NCBI RefSeq assembly: GCF_006345805.1
Contig: NC_043020.1
Location: 4,526,001 to 4,590,000 of the forward strand
Reading direction: 5' to 3'
Length of the DNA: 64,000 nt
DNA from: Octopus sinensis
Lineage: Eukaryota
Program-made: the position numbers and the translations under genes
The notes under the pieces: generated by a model
The model's input: the letters and a program-made list of their open reading frames with translations, nothing else
Told to the model about the DNA's origin: nothing
The model's database searches: none
Shown: positions 26,090-37,578 of the stretch, in pieces
Numbering within the stretch: position 1 is the first letter of the stretch
Layout of the letters: every line of letters starts with the position of its first letter

Positions 26090-26273
26090 CGATTTATTTA
26101 CTTTATATTAATATTATATTAAAATTTTTTTATGTATTGATTAAGTCTTTCCTTGTTTGATTTGCAAAATAGTGGTTTTGTCTCTAATTAATATTATATA
26201 ATATTTTACTATAAAATTGGATTCATTCCTAAATCTGATTTTTCCCTGTAAATTTGGATTTATTCCCTAATAT

Positions 26274-26343
<70 letters not shown>

Positions 26344-26579
26344 TATAATGGAATAATTACTATGAATATATTGTATAAAGGATCATGGGTAAGGCCAAAA
26401 CAATGCGAAGTAAATGCAAGGTAAATCGCAAGAAAACAAATATATGAATTAATATAGACTTACCTTGTATTCAATATTTCGGGGTTGTGACCTTATTTTC
26501 AAGAAGTTGACAAATGTTGCTGATGTGCGTGTGTGTGAAAATGCATTTACTTTCGCATTATTTTGGCCCTACCCACGAT

Positions 26580-26614
<35 letters not shown>

Positions 26615-26619
<5 letters not shown>

Positions 26620-26667
26620 TACTTGGAGAAGAGAAATGAAACGAAACGACGCGAGGGCGCTCAGATA

Positions 26668-26726
<59 letters not shown>

Positions 26727-26774
26727 TATAATATAATATAATATAATATAATATAATATACATCTATATATCTG

Positions 26775-26816
<42 letters not shown>

Positions 26817-26923
26817 ATATAATATAATATAATATAATATACATCTATATATCTGTATATTATATATATATATATAAACTTACTTGGAGAAGAGAAAAGA
26901 AACGAAACGACGCGTGGGCGCTC

Positions 26924-26930
<7 letters not shown>
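26615..26930 (+). repeat. Duplicated 55-bp segment within (TA)n/(ATATA)n arrays
   Basis: aaacttacttggagaagagaaa..cgaaacgacgcg.gggcgctcag at 26615 and 26876. Confidence 0.8.
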
Positions 26931-26985
<55 letters not shown>

Positions 26986-27005
26986 GTATAATATACATCT
27001 ATATA

Positions 27006-27078
<73 letters not shown>

Positions 27079-27293
27079 GATATATATATTTTATACAATA
27101 TATAATGCACACACACACACACACACGTACATAACTTAAAGGTAATGGATAAACCGTTTCATCACGAAATAGAATTGAAATATGAAAAATCAAACACCGT
27201 TGCTGTTTTAAATAATACGTTACAGAATATATATATATCATTATTAATCATAGTGTTGTTGAGCTTACGGTGTTATTTACAGGTTAAATAGCT

Positions 27294-29972
27294 TTACTGA
27301 TAGGTTCGGAAAGGTAGAAAAGTATTCGGTGCGGTCTGGTAGTGGGGGTCATACTCATAATAAACTTTGTGGCTGTCGATGTTCGGTTTGTAATCAGTAT
27401 ACCCCGGGTAGATACCGAACCTGTACCGATATCTTGCTGTGTACGATATCTGGTTAGGATTTGCTCTAGGGATTGTTACCACCGGAATGGAGTACTTTGA
27501 TGCCCAATGCTTTCGAGGATGGTTCCTAAAGCCGCCAATGTTCCAGTTGTTGTTCGTTGATCTAGGAATCTCGTCCAGAAGTCCGTCCCCAACTGATTTT
27601 CTCCAATCTGGATAAGAGAAAGATTCGAACCAATGTCTTTGATTTTCAACTTCTGCTATGTCTTTCCGCAGTTGTTGCTTCATTTTGCCTTCGTGGAAAC
27701 TGAAAGTTTTCCCGAAGTGGTCAAGATTGAAACCTTCGTGTCTGGCTAAGAAATTATTGGAATGGAATGCCATTTGATGAGAAACAGCATCTACAGTATT
27801 AGCGGCAATATCAGCTGTATTAAAGGGCTGAACGTGGTGGTTAGGCAACGTGAAATCGAATTCAGATAGATCACGTTTCTTTCTGGTCGATCGAAGTTTC
27901 TTACGATTTTGTAAAATATCCGATGAAGAAGCTGGGAGAACATCTTTGGTCCGCAATTTAGGTTTTTCTGTTCGGTTACTTTTGTCTTCGCGAGTGATAT
28001 CCTTCTGAGAGTGTTCAGTCTTTGAATTTGCTGCTGAAGAGCAGTTGGAGAGGCATGTCTTCACGTCACCGCCCTTGGGTCCGATATTTTGGCTATCTGT
28101 TCCTTTTTCCGAAGCTGCAGAAGCCACTTTCTTTTCAGAAAACTTCTTCAGTAACCAATTTGGAAATAGTGGCAAGAGAGATTGGAATCGTCTGTCACCA
28201 TTTTTAGATGCCGTAGGAAAACCATTTCCAGTTTCAACTGAGTCCTTTAAGTTTCCATTGAATTTAGAATATATCGATGTTACCGCTAATATTTTCCCAC
28301 TCCGATCACTAGGTGCTATATTAGGGGAGAAATCCATGTGTGAAAAGTTATCATTCTTCAAATTTTGAGATGAAAAATTATTATTTCCATTATTTAGGTG
28401 GCTTCTATGCAAATGATCGCTTTTAGCATTGTTGACTATTTCGTGGCGATTTAGTTGTTTCGGAGAATTTCCTATAATGTCTTTATTATTTCTACTTCGA
28501 GAGTAAGGAAATCTTTCGAAGAAAATATTTCCGTGAAATCTTCGTGAATAGTCGACGGCGGGCGTATTCTGTGATTGTTCGTCAGCCGTTAACCATTGAC
28601 CCGGCATCCAAGGTCCACCGCCAACAAACAAGAAATTCGATTCATTTGGATATTGTCTTCTCGTCATTTCAGCCCCATCTCTTTGGTTATTTCCTGACGC
28701 TTCTGCTCCTTCTTTGTGCTCATCGTTTCCATTATTATTAAACTGGAATGCGTTTTTGTCCATTTTTACCACCACAATAGGAATTTTTTGACGTTCAACA
28801 AAATTTGTGGGCGAGAAAAATGGAGACCATCGATTCTCAAGTTGGAAATCATTAAATCTGAAAGAGTTTTCTTTCCCCGGCCATTTGCGTTTTGGCACAA
28901 AGTTTTTTGGTTTATCATCATCAAATTCTTGAAGACGTGGTGGTTTTCTATAAATACCTCTTGTTTGACGTTTCGTTCGCCGCAGTGGCGAAACAAGATC
29001 TCTTTTCAACACAGGTTCTACTGAAAAGATAACTAATTTATTTCTAAAATTTGGATTTGGATTCAGCTGAAGATTGCCACTTTTTGCCAGAATGATTGGT
29101 ATATTTCTCTGATAAGCATGAAAATTACGATCCACACTGTTTTCGAATACTGCTTGTTGCAGACTTTCAAAACCATTGTTTTCTATACCAGGATAATATT
29201 GTTTCGCTCGAAGTTCTCTGTTAAAATTTAAGCGATCAAAAACTTTGTGATATCTTTGTCTTTCGGTATTTTCTACCCTCTCAGCTGTTGGACGCCACAA
29301 TAAATCCCGATTTCGAACAACAGCGGAATTGAGTGGGAAAATCTCCACGGGATGAACAAACTTTGTTTGAATACTTTGTACGGGATATAGAAATATTGGT
29401 TGTTCATTACTAGTGTCATCCTGACTTAACCATTGTCTTCTTGCATGAAACTCTCGTGCAGGTAGATGCATAAATCGACCGTTTTCAGTGGGATGATTGA
29501 AGCTTTGTTGGTGTTGATCAGCATCGATAAATCGATCATTTTGAAGAAATGATGGCGACTGATCTTGACTGTGTGCTCTGCTGGTGGGCTTTAATGATTT
29601 ATCTTGAGACATCAGCTTAATCAACCACGTGGGATAATTTGTCGAATTGGCTGGCAAATCAGGAACCCCTTTGAATTCTGGATGGTCGTTCCAAAACTGT
29701 TGCGAATCTTCCTTTCTCGGAAATAGTGGAAAGTCTGGCGTTGTGTTTGTCTGAAACTCATCCTGCTGCTTCTCGTGATAGCTCTGAGCAGAAGAGTACT
29801 GTCTTTCAGTTGTGGTTTGCAGTATAGGTTCCACTGTTGCACTAACTGCGGTAGCTTGCTCGGTATTTTCGGGAATATCTGGAACTGAGGCGTTCAAATT
29901 TTCGCCAAATATACTTGATACAATGACGAACAGAAAGAGGATCGCAAATGACAATGTCTTCTGACCACACAT
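27294..29972 (-). CDS. Uncharacterised 892-aa secreted protein, precursor-like, single coding exon
   Basis: 2.68-kb uninterrupted ORF in TE-degraded surroundings; strong acceptor ttattttctttccag| 13 nt upstream of the ATG at 29972; signal peptide MCGQKTLSFAILFLFVIVSSIFG; RRTKR and RSTRKKR sites; no recognisable TE or enzyme motif. Confidence 0.85.
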   Translation of the reverse strand: MCGQKTLSFAILFLFVIVSSIFGENLNASVPDIPENTEQATAVSATVEPILQTTTERQYSSAQSYHEKQQDEFQTNTTPDFPLFPRKEDSQQFWNDHPEFKGVPDLPANSTNYPTWLIKLMSQDKSLKPTSRAHSQDQSPSFLQNDRFIDADQHQQSFNHPTENGRFMHLPAREFHARRQWLSQDDTSNEQPIFLYPVQSIQTKFVHPVEIFPLNSAVVRNRDLLWRPTAERVENTERQRYHKVFDRLNFNRELRAKQYYPGIENNGFESLQQAVFENSVDRNFHAYQRNIPIILAKSGNLQLNPNPNFRNKLVIFSVEPVLKRDLVSPLRRTKRQTRGIYRKPPRLQEFDDDKPKNFVPKRKWPGKENSFRFNDFQLENRWSPFFSPTNFVERQKIPIVVVKMDKNAFQFNNNGNDEHKEGAEASGNNQRDGAEMTRRQYPNESNFLFVGGGPWMPGQWLTADEQSQNTPAVDYSRRFHGNIFFERFPYSRSRNNKDIIGNSPKQLNRHEIVNNAKSDHLHRSHLNNGNNNFSSQNLKNDNFSHMDFSPNIAPSDRSGKILAVTSIYSKFNGNLKDSVETGNGFPTASKNGDRRFQSLLPLFPNWLLKKFSEKKVASAASEKGTDSQNIGPKGGDVKTCLSNCSSAANSKTEHSQKDITREDKSNRTEKPKLRTKDVLPASSSDILQNRKKLRSTRKKRDLSEFDFTLPNHHVQPFNTADIAANTVDAVSHQMAFHSNNFLARHEGFNLDHFGKTFSFHEGKMKQQLRKDIAEVENQRHWFESFSYPDWRKSVGDGLLDEIPRSTNNNWNIGGFRNHPRKHWASKYSIPVVTIPRANPNQISYTARYRYRFGIYPGYTDYKPNIDSHKVYYEYDPHYQTAPNTFLPFRTYQ

Positions 29973-30109
29973 CGGGAATATTTGCCTGGAAAGAAAATAA
30001 TTAATATTTAAATTCGTAATACAGTGGATAGAAATGGTTTGTTGATAGAATGAGTGAGTGAGAGAGGGGGCAGGGAGAGACAAACCGACAGAACGACAGA
30101 CAGACAGAC

Positions 30110-30110
<1 letters not shown>

Positions 30111-30170
<60 letters not shown>

Positions 30171-30177
30171 CAGATAG

Positions 30178-30228
<51 letters not shown>
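30111..30228. repeat. (GATA)n/(GACA)n microsatellite in the intron
   Basis: Direct reading; it produces the spurious SIYL N-terminal extension of the 979-aa ORF. Confidence 0.95.
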
Positions 30229-30230
<2 letters not shown>

Positions 30231-32523
30231 CAACTAAACATTTATGCATTTTATGAATCCGCTTAGGCATTACGATACTTACAACCAGTTGTTAGACCCC
30301 AGTATGCTTTAGATTAAAGCGTTAGAAGTGTATAGAGCAGTAATATCAATTAATAAATGGCAAAAGAACAGGAGCTAAATAATCACCTTTATTAACTTAC
30401 AGCTGTTTCTGCTATTAAAAAGCATTGCACTCGGAGCTGGTTTGCTTTAAATACTTTAAATGCTTAAATATGTAACATGTCGCTATATCGAATCGAGCCT
30501 GATTTTTTTTTCTGTATTCAGTTAGAATTTCTTGAATATTACCCATGCGATAAAAAAAAAATCTAACCAATCACTATTTCTCCTAAAACTGGCTCCAGAA
30601 AAATTCCATCTTTTTGCGCCTTTCTCATTGAGCCTATACAGCACTATAAATTCAGCACACCTTGTCTACTTGATAGAGTGTATCGACAGACACCAATAGG
30701 AGAAGCCCAACAGCAGCAGCGATAACTTTTTGACTGCTACAATTAACACCAAGTACAAAAACATTCAAACTATGTTTTGTCGTTCGTAGGACTTGACAGT
30801 ATTTACTTTTTATTTACGGGAGGAATAAAAACTTTGTTTATCATAATTATCACAGATATCTGTTCTTCCTAGTATAAACCAATCAACAACTAAATGCCCT
30901 ATCCTTTGACAGCAAAAATTCCACAACATAAAGAAGAGAAACAGACGATCAGAAAGGGAGAATAGAGTCAGATGGCCACAGTCACATAGTGCTGGACAAA
31001 CGGACAGAAGAGGGACAGTTGCATATCCTTCCTAATGCCAATCATTGAACTGGGTGCACCTAGTGAGGTCACCAAGTAGCTCACAGGGTAAGAGCCTTCA
31101 GCTGAGAGGGGGTTGTAGCACTGAGGGAGATGGCTTTAAGCCAGGTGAGGAGAGGTGAATGTATGATAGAGGATAGAAACAGGTGTATTGTAGCAAAAGA
31201 GATACATGGCTACCCTAGTTAGAAAAGGAGAGAAGATGATAAAGAAGTGTCAAGATATACTCTCAAGTTATAGAAAGGGGAACATAAGTGGTCCAGAGGA
31301 TTGGACAAAATGAAGTTGGGAAGCATGTAAAAGGCAGGTGGTAAATGAATAAAGATGGGGATAAGGCGAATGCAGTGAATGATGAAAATGAGATGTGGTC
31401 CTTTGTGAACATCAGGTGGAAAGGAGGAATTAATAGGCACCCAAGCATTTGAACCTGGTATTCAACCTAAGAATAATTCCTTCCATCACTCCAACCAACC
31501 TCCAAACCCCTAAGCCACTAAGAAAAAAAAAGAAAGATAAAATGTCTAATTGCTGTTGAGGGAAGAGTCAAGCCCTAGTAATCTATATTGTAAACTAGCC
31601 TTGGCACATAAACTTGCGCAGGCATATCAATCATTTCTACCATAGGAACAAGGCCTCAAATTTTGGAGGATGTTCATTACATCGATCCTAATGCTTGGTA
31701 CTTATTTCCTCGATCCCAAAAAGATGAAAGGCTAAGTCGACCTCAACGGAATTTTAACTATAAATGTAAAGATAGACGAAATACCACTAAGCATTTTGTC
31801 CAACAAGCAAACAGTTCTGCCAACTTGCACATGAATTTATTGCAGTTTGGGAAAAACTATTTTAAAATGATGTTGACAATATTCAGTTGGTGTAGGGAAT
31901 ATTGATTTACTTAGAACTGTTGCATTCAAATTGTCTTCATAAAAATGTGTCAAAGTAATAATAAAATATAAACAAATACAGAAACTTATAATATAATTTT
32001 ACTCTTACATTTTTCTTTAAGAACCTTTTCACCTGTGAATAAACTATTTTCAGTAACTTTGTTTTCATTGCCTGTTACTAGATAGCCATCTGGTATTGTG
32101 GTAGATATGTTACTGGCATGTATGCAATGATAAAGTGGTTATGTTCACAACTGAGTAAATGATTGCCGTATGTACAATACATACATGCACACACACACAA
32201 ACACACACTCACACACACACACACACACACACAGACGCGCGCGCACACATACACACACACGCACACACACACACAAACTGAACAAGAGATGAGTGCATCG
32301 CATTAACACAAAAGCACGACAGCGTGGATGCATTAGAAACCCTCAACATTTCCAAATAGGCTGGAATTTTTCAAACTTATCTCAAAAGTTTGAGACATGT
32401 CGACCGTAAATGTGAGTCACAGTGGTTCAAGACGTTTTGTTTAAAGTGACATTTCATATTGTTGAAAGTTTTCGCAATTTATTAAATTTTTATAATTTCT
32501 CATTATTTTTATTATTACATTGT

Positions 32524-32749
32524 CGAGCTGGCAGAACAGTTAGCGCACTGGATGAAAATGCTGAGCGGTATTTCGCCCGTCGCAACGTTCAAATTTCAAA
32601 TCCCTTCGAGGTCGACTTTGCCTTTCATCTCTTCGGGATCGATAAATTAAGTACCAGTAAAACACTAGGGTTGATATAATCGACTCATCTCCACCTCCCC
32701 CAAACTGCCCTTGTGGCAAAAATTCTTCTTCTTCTTCTTCTTCTTCTTC

Positions 32750-32796
<47 letters not shown>

Positions 32797-33195
32797 AGGC
32801 GGTGAGCTGGCAGAATCGGTAGCACGCCAAGCGAAATGCTTAATGGTATTTCGTCTGCCGCTACGTTCTGAGTTCAAATTCCGCCGAGGTAAACTTTGCC
32901 TTTCATCCTTTCGGGGTCGATTAAATAAATACCAGTTACGCACTGGGTCAATATAATCGACTTAATCCGTTTGTCTGTCCTTGTTTGTCCTCTCTGTGTT
33001 TAGCCCCTTGTGGGTAGTAAAGAAATAGGTATTTCGTCTGCCGCAACATTCTGAGTTCAAATTCCGCCGATGTCAACTTTGCTTTCATCCCTTAGGGGTC
33101 GATAAATTAAGTACCAGTCAAATGCTGAGGTCGATGCGATCGAGTGTACCTCCCCCCACAAATTCAGGCCTTTTGCCTATAGTAGAAAGGATTAC

Positions 33196-33240
<45 letters not shown>
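32524..33240 (+). mobile_element. Head-to-tail cluster of three family-A SINE copies with (TTC)n/(TTA)n tracts
   Basis: Copies at ~32524-32720, 32798-33027 (ggcggtgagctggcagaatcggttagc A box; gagttcaaattcc B box) and 33028-33190. Confidence 0.85.
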
Positions 33241-33243
<3 letters not shown>

Positions 33244-33279
33244 AAATTTCTAAAGTAAGAAAGTGATGTTAAGACTTAC

Positions 33280-33330
33280 GTGCTGTTCCGATGTGAAAGA
33301 TTCAATGTTGATAGTTGAAAAGTATTGTTG
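33280..33330 (-). other. Candidate non-coding first exon of the 892-aa gene
   Basis: Minus-strand CAC|GTAAGT donor at 33279, in apparently unique sequence with a TATA-like cttataca near 33350; the 5' boundary is a guess. Confidence 0.3.
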
Positions 33331-33894
33331 GTTTTGTAAGTGCGTGTGTATAAGAATTTTGTGGGCATGCAGGTTTGTGTGGGTGTGTAAGATTAGGTTG
33401 GGTTGGAGGGGTAAAGGAGAGAAAGTCACAACAATTACTTGACGGATAAGTAGGTGTAGGTAGATTTCAGGTGAGAGTTTGCTTTAATTGTTCCTTCGTT
33501 ATTTTGTTCTATCTTGATTATTTGGAGGGTAGAAGGTAGGGGGCACATCATAAAGAAGTGGTTCTCATGACAGTGAAGAAAAAGAAGTAGAAGACAAATA
33601 TTAAATTCGACCGATCATACACACACATGTATGTAATAGACATATGTCCAATATCATGTGTGTCCAATATGTTTTGAGTTCAGTTAAACATGGGGCATAC
33701 ACACATACATCACATACATGTGTGTATGTGCATATATGTATAAGTATATGCATGTATATGTATAAATTATACGAATGAATCTATCTGTTTATCTACCTGT
33801 CCGTCTGCCTGTCTGTCTGTTTGTCTTTGTCTCTGTCTCTCTCTCTATATATTGATGTATGTATGTATGTATGTATGTATGTATGTATGTATGC

Positions 33895-33927
<33 letters not shown>

Positions 33928-34130
33928 TGCATGTATGTATGTATGTATGTATGTATGTATGTATGTGTGTATGTATGTGTGTATGTATGTAGGTATGTAT
34001 GTATATGTATTATATAGATATATATATATATATATCTATATATATATATATATATATATATGAGAAACATAAAATAAAGGTTACGCAAGAGTAAAAAGAT
34101 ATATATATATTTAACTTCACTCTCTCTCTC

Positions 34131-34165
<35 letters not shown>

Positions 34166-34204
34166 TATATATATATATGTAGAGAGTGATATATATATAT
34201 ATAT

Positions 34205-34570
34205 GGAGGTGCAATGGCCCAGTGGTTAGGGCAACGGGCACTTGGTCGTAGGATCGCGGTTTCGATTCCCAGACCAGGTGTTGTGACTGTTTATTGATCG
34301 AAAACACCTAAAGCTCCACGAAGCTCCGCCAGGAGTTGGTGGCGAACCCTACTGTACTCTTTCACCACAACTTTCTCTCACTTTTTTCTTCTTGTTTCTC
34401 TTGTACCTGTATTTCAAAGGGCCAGCCATGTCACACTGAATCTCCCCCGAGAACTACGTTAAGGGTACATGTGTCTGAGGAGTGCTCAGTCACTTGCACG
34501 TTAATTTCACGAGCAGGCTGTTCCGTTAATCGGATCAACTGGAAACCTCGTCGTCGTAACCGACGGCAAG
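34205..34570 (+). mobile_element. tRNA-derived SINE, family B
   Basis: ggaggtgcaatggcccagtggttagggc (A box) ..ggtttcgattcccagacc (B box), then a tRNA-unrelated body; follows (TA)n. Confidence 0.75.
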
Positions 34571-34609
34571 CATTCAAAACTTCTTCATCATGGACGGCAA
34601 CACATTGAC

Positions 34610-34928
34610 GATTTAAAAGGCTGGCGCAAATTTTTTAGCTTGATGTAACAGAGAATTCCTAAACACCCGCTCCTGTAAATTTTAATCCCCTTCAGCCCCA
34701 TTTAGACCTCTTTCACACTTGGTTAATACCCGATTTCATCGGGTCTAATCGGGCCACATTTTATACGATGAGGAATTTGTCCTAGATGTCACCCGCCTTT
34801 CATTTGAGGAAAAAAATAGTTGCCATGCAAACTCGCCAACACTTTTAACATAGGTGTACATATTTTCAGCTCAACCGACCACATAATGCACACATTATAT
34901 ATATATAAGTACATATATTCACATTATT

Positions 34929-35006
<78 letters not shown>

Positions 35007-36032
35007 TGTGTGTGTTTGTGTGTGTGCGTGTGTGTACGCATTATATATATAAATGTATACAAATTGTTTATATATATATTTATATAAATACAGATATATA
35101 CACTTTGTATATATACATTATATATACATATTTATATATAGAACACACACACAGACATATATAAATTAACCCAATAAATATCTGATTCATAATATATATT
35201 TGTTCTCATGATTGTGTTGTGGTGGTGGCGATGATAATCCTCTCTATGAATGCAGACAGACATAGAGAGAGTGGTGACAGCGCTGTCGAAGGCGACGGAA
35301 GAAGATAGTAGACTTTCCCTCGCTTCTCTTACTCTCTACAATAAATATCTGATTCATAATATATATTTGTTCTCATGATTGTGTTTGGTGGTGGCGATGA
35401 TAATCCTCTCTATGAATGCAGACAGACATAGAGAGAGTGTGACAGCGCTGTCGAAGGCGACGGAAGAAGATAGTAGACTTTCCCTCGCTTTCTCTTACTC
35501 TCTATCTTTCTCTATCTATCTCTCTCCCATTATAAACAACAAAAGATCTTGAGTAAGTTGAGAAAGAAAATATTTTTACGCTTTTTAAACCCTTCGTCGT
35601 TATTCTCATTCACTCTATATTACTTTCTCCCTTCCTTTCACTTTCTCTCTATAACGTTATAGAGAGAAAGTGAAAGGAAGGGAGGTAGACGCTGTGAAAC
35701 GACGTTATAGAGAGAAAGTGAAGGTAAGGGAGGTAGACGCTGTGAAACGACGTTATAGATAGAAAGTGAAAGGAAGGGAGGAAAGAGAGTGAGTGATGGA
35801 GGAAGACAGATACATAAAAGAATGAGAGTAGACTTGTCAAAGTGTGTTTTTGGCCCTAGCAACGACACCTTTTAAGATGGGGATTTCTAACCTAGCCCAC
35901 TGGCATCGTCACCTCATTTTACATGTCCCTGTAAATTTTGGAGTCAATCCGACGGGATCTATTGGCCTTTAAACCCGTTCTCAATGCCAAAACCAGACAA
36001 CAAACAAACAAACAAACTTTTCGCATTTCAGA

Positions 36033-36040
<8 letters not shown>
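34610..36040 (-). mobile_element. Non-autonomous Helitron-like element (5' end near 36040) carrying internal tandem repeats
   Basis: Minus strand ataattctgaaatgcgaaaagtttgtttgtttg..cccgtcggattgactccaaaattt is shared with 60783-60880(+); ~167-bp tandem dimer 35172-35503; 48-bp minisatellite 35653-35780; far boundary uncertain. Confidence 0.55.
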
Positions 36041-36069
<29 letters not shown>

Positions 36070-36091
36070 ATATAATATATATGTATATATA

Positions 36092-36160
<69 letters not shown>

Positions 36161-36194
36161 TATATATACTATATATGATATAAATATATATATG

Positions 36195-36279
<85 letters not shown>

Positions 36280-37578
36280 TATGTGTGGTGTAAATAATTT
36301 ACTGCTCTAACTTTAGAGTGTGCTTCTTTTTTGGGTATATGATCTACTGATGATCTACATATATACATGATGGCTGCAGACTCGTGTTCGAATATTGCTA
36401 ACGCCTTATCGAAAGTCCCACTCATGCGACGACTACGACCAGCCATGTTTGTGATAGGTCTTACTTTTTTTTCAAACGATGCCTGTGCATGATGATTTTT
36501 TTTATAGGGGGGAAATGCACATTTCCCTGAACCTAACATTTTTGCAACCCCCTCATTTTAACATGTAATAGCCCAACTCCCGTAGTCGGTTCATTATCGA
36601 TTTTTATTGAAATCCAATTAACCTATAATTGAACTGGATGTTAGTTCAACATGTATACAAAGTTTGGCGAAGATTGGTTCCTTGGTTTGGGCAGCAAGAT
36701 GGTAACAGACAGAGGACAGACAGAAAGGGTAAAAATTGCCATTTATGTGTGTGTGTGTGTGTGTGTGCAAGTGTATATACATGTGTGTTTGTAAACAATT
36801 GTGTACAGTAAAGCTAATCGTTTAAAGTGGATGGAACACTTGGAAGGGGGAGACCCAGGAAGACATGGAACGAAAACTGAGGCTTATGAAGGAGATGATA
36901 GGAGGGGCGTTAGGAAGGGTATCCAGCCCTATAATCTTGAAGAACAGACAATGGAGCCTGGTGCGGCTCCTGTTAAATTGTCCAACCCATGCCAACGTGA
37001 AATATGGTTGCTTAATGGTGACGATGATAATGATGATCAATGAATGCCAGTTATAGAATGAAATATGGTGACTGCTCTCTATTACTGGAGGTGAACATCC
37101 GGTTTGTGATAGCAATGAAAAAGACGATGAAATGAACTAAGCAAGGGTTAAGTTAAGTGTTATGTCACTTGGTACGAAAAACACCATCTCTGAGGGTTAG
37201 GGTCAGCAAGAATTTTCTGGAAAAGAGTTTATAGGAACTGTGAGAATCTTTACGGGATGTACTCTTGTAGAAATAAAATGTGTGTAGTGGTACTACATGT
37301 ATAGCGTTTGCGTGAGGAGGAGCTCCCAAAAGCATCTGGGTTCGTTAGTATTTTCTTTCATGTTTTGGTTAAATTCATGGGGCGTTTATGTATGGAAGCG
37401 GTGTGTGTAGGGGTACAATATATATGGGGACTTATTTGTGGGTGACGGAAAATGGTTTATTGGGTGAATGCTCGTTGTGTTAGGGCGTGTGCGTTTGTGT
37501 ATGTTCTGGTCAAACACTTTGCTAGATTCCCAGGTATTGGTGGTATGAAGGCCGAAACTGGGGGACTGGTAATTATAG

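Larger units (their letters stand above)
25844..26196. repeat. ~350-bp near-perfect fold-back (inverted Penelope pseudo-LTR pair) embedded in (TA)n
   Basis: Left arm attagagacaaacccactattttgc...gatt catatcttctatt is mirrored by the right arm ...gcaaaatagtggttttgtctctaatt; centre near 26019. Confidence 0.92.

Noticed and set aside
29973-30233. N-terminal 87 aa (SIYL repeats) of the 979-aa ORF
   Set aside because: Read-through of a (GATA)n microsatellite upstream of a clear splice acceptor; the likely true start is the ATG at 29972
34205-34280. tRNA gene
   Set aside because: A and B boxes are present but there is no proper cloverleaf or terminator, and it continues into a SINE body
35653-35780. 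CRISPR-like repeat array
   Set aside because: Contiguous 48-bp minisatellite without unique spacers, in eukaryotic DNA with no cas genes
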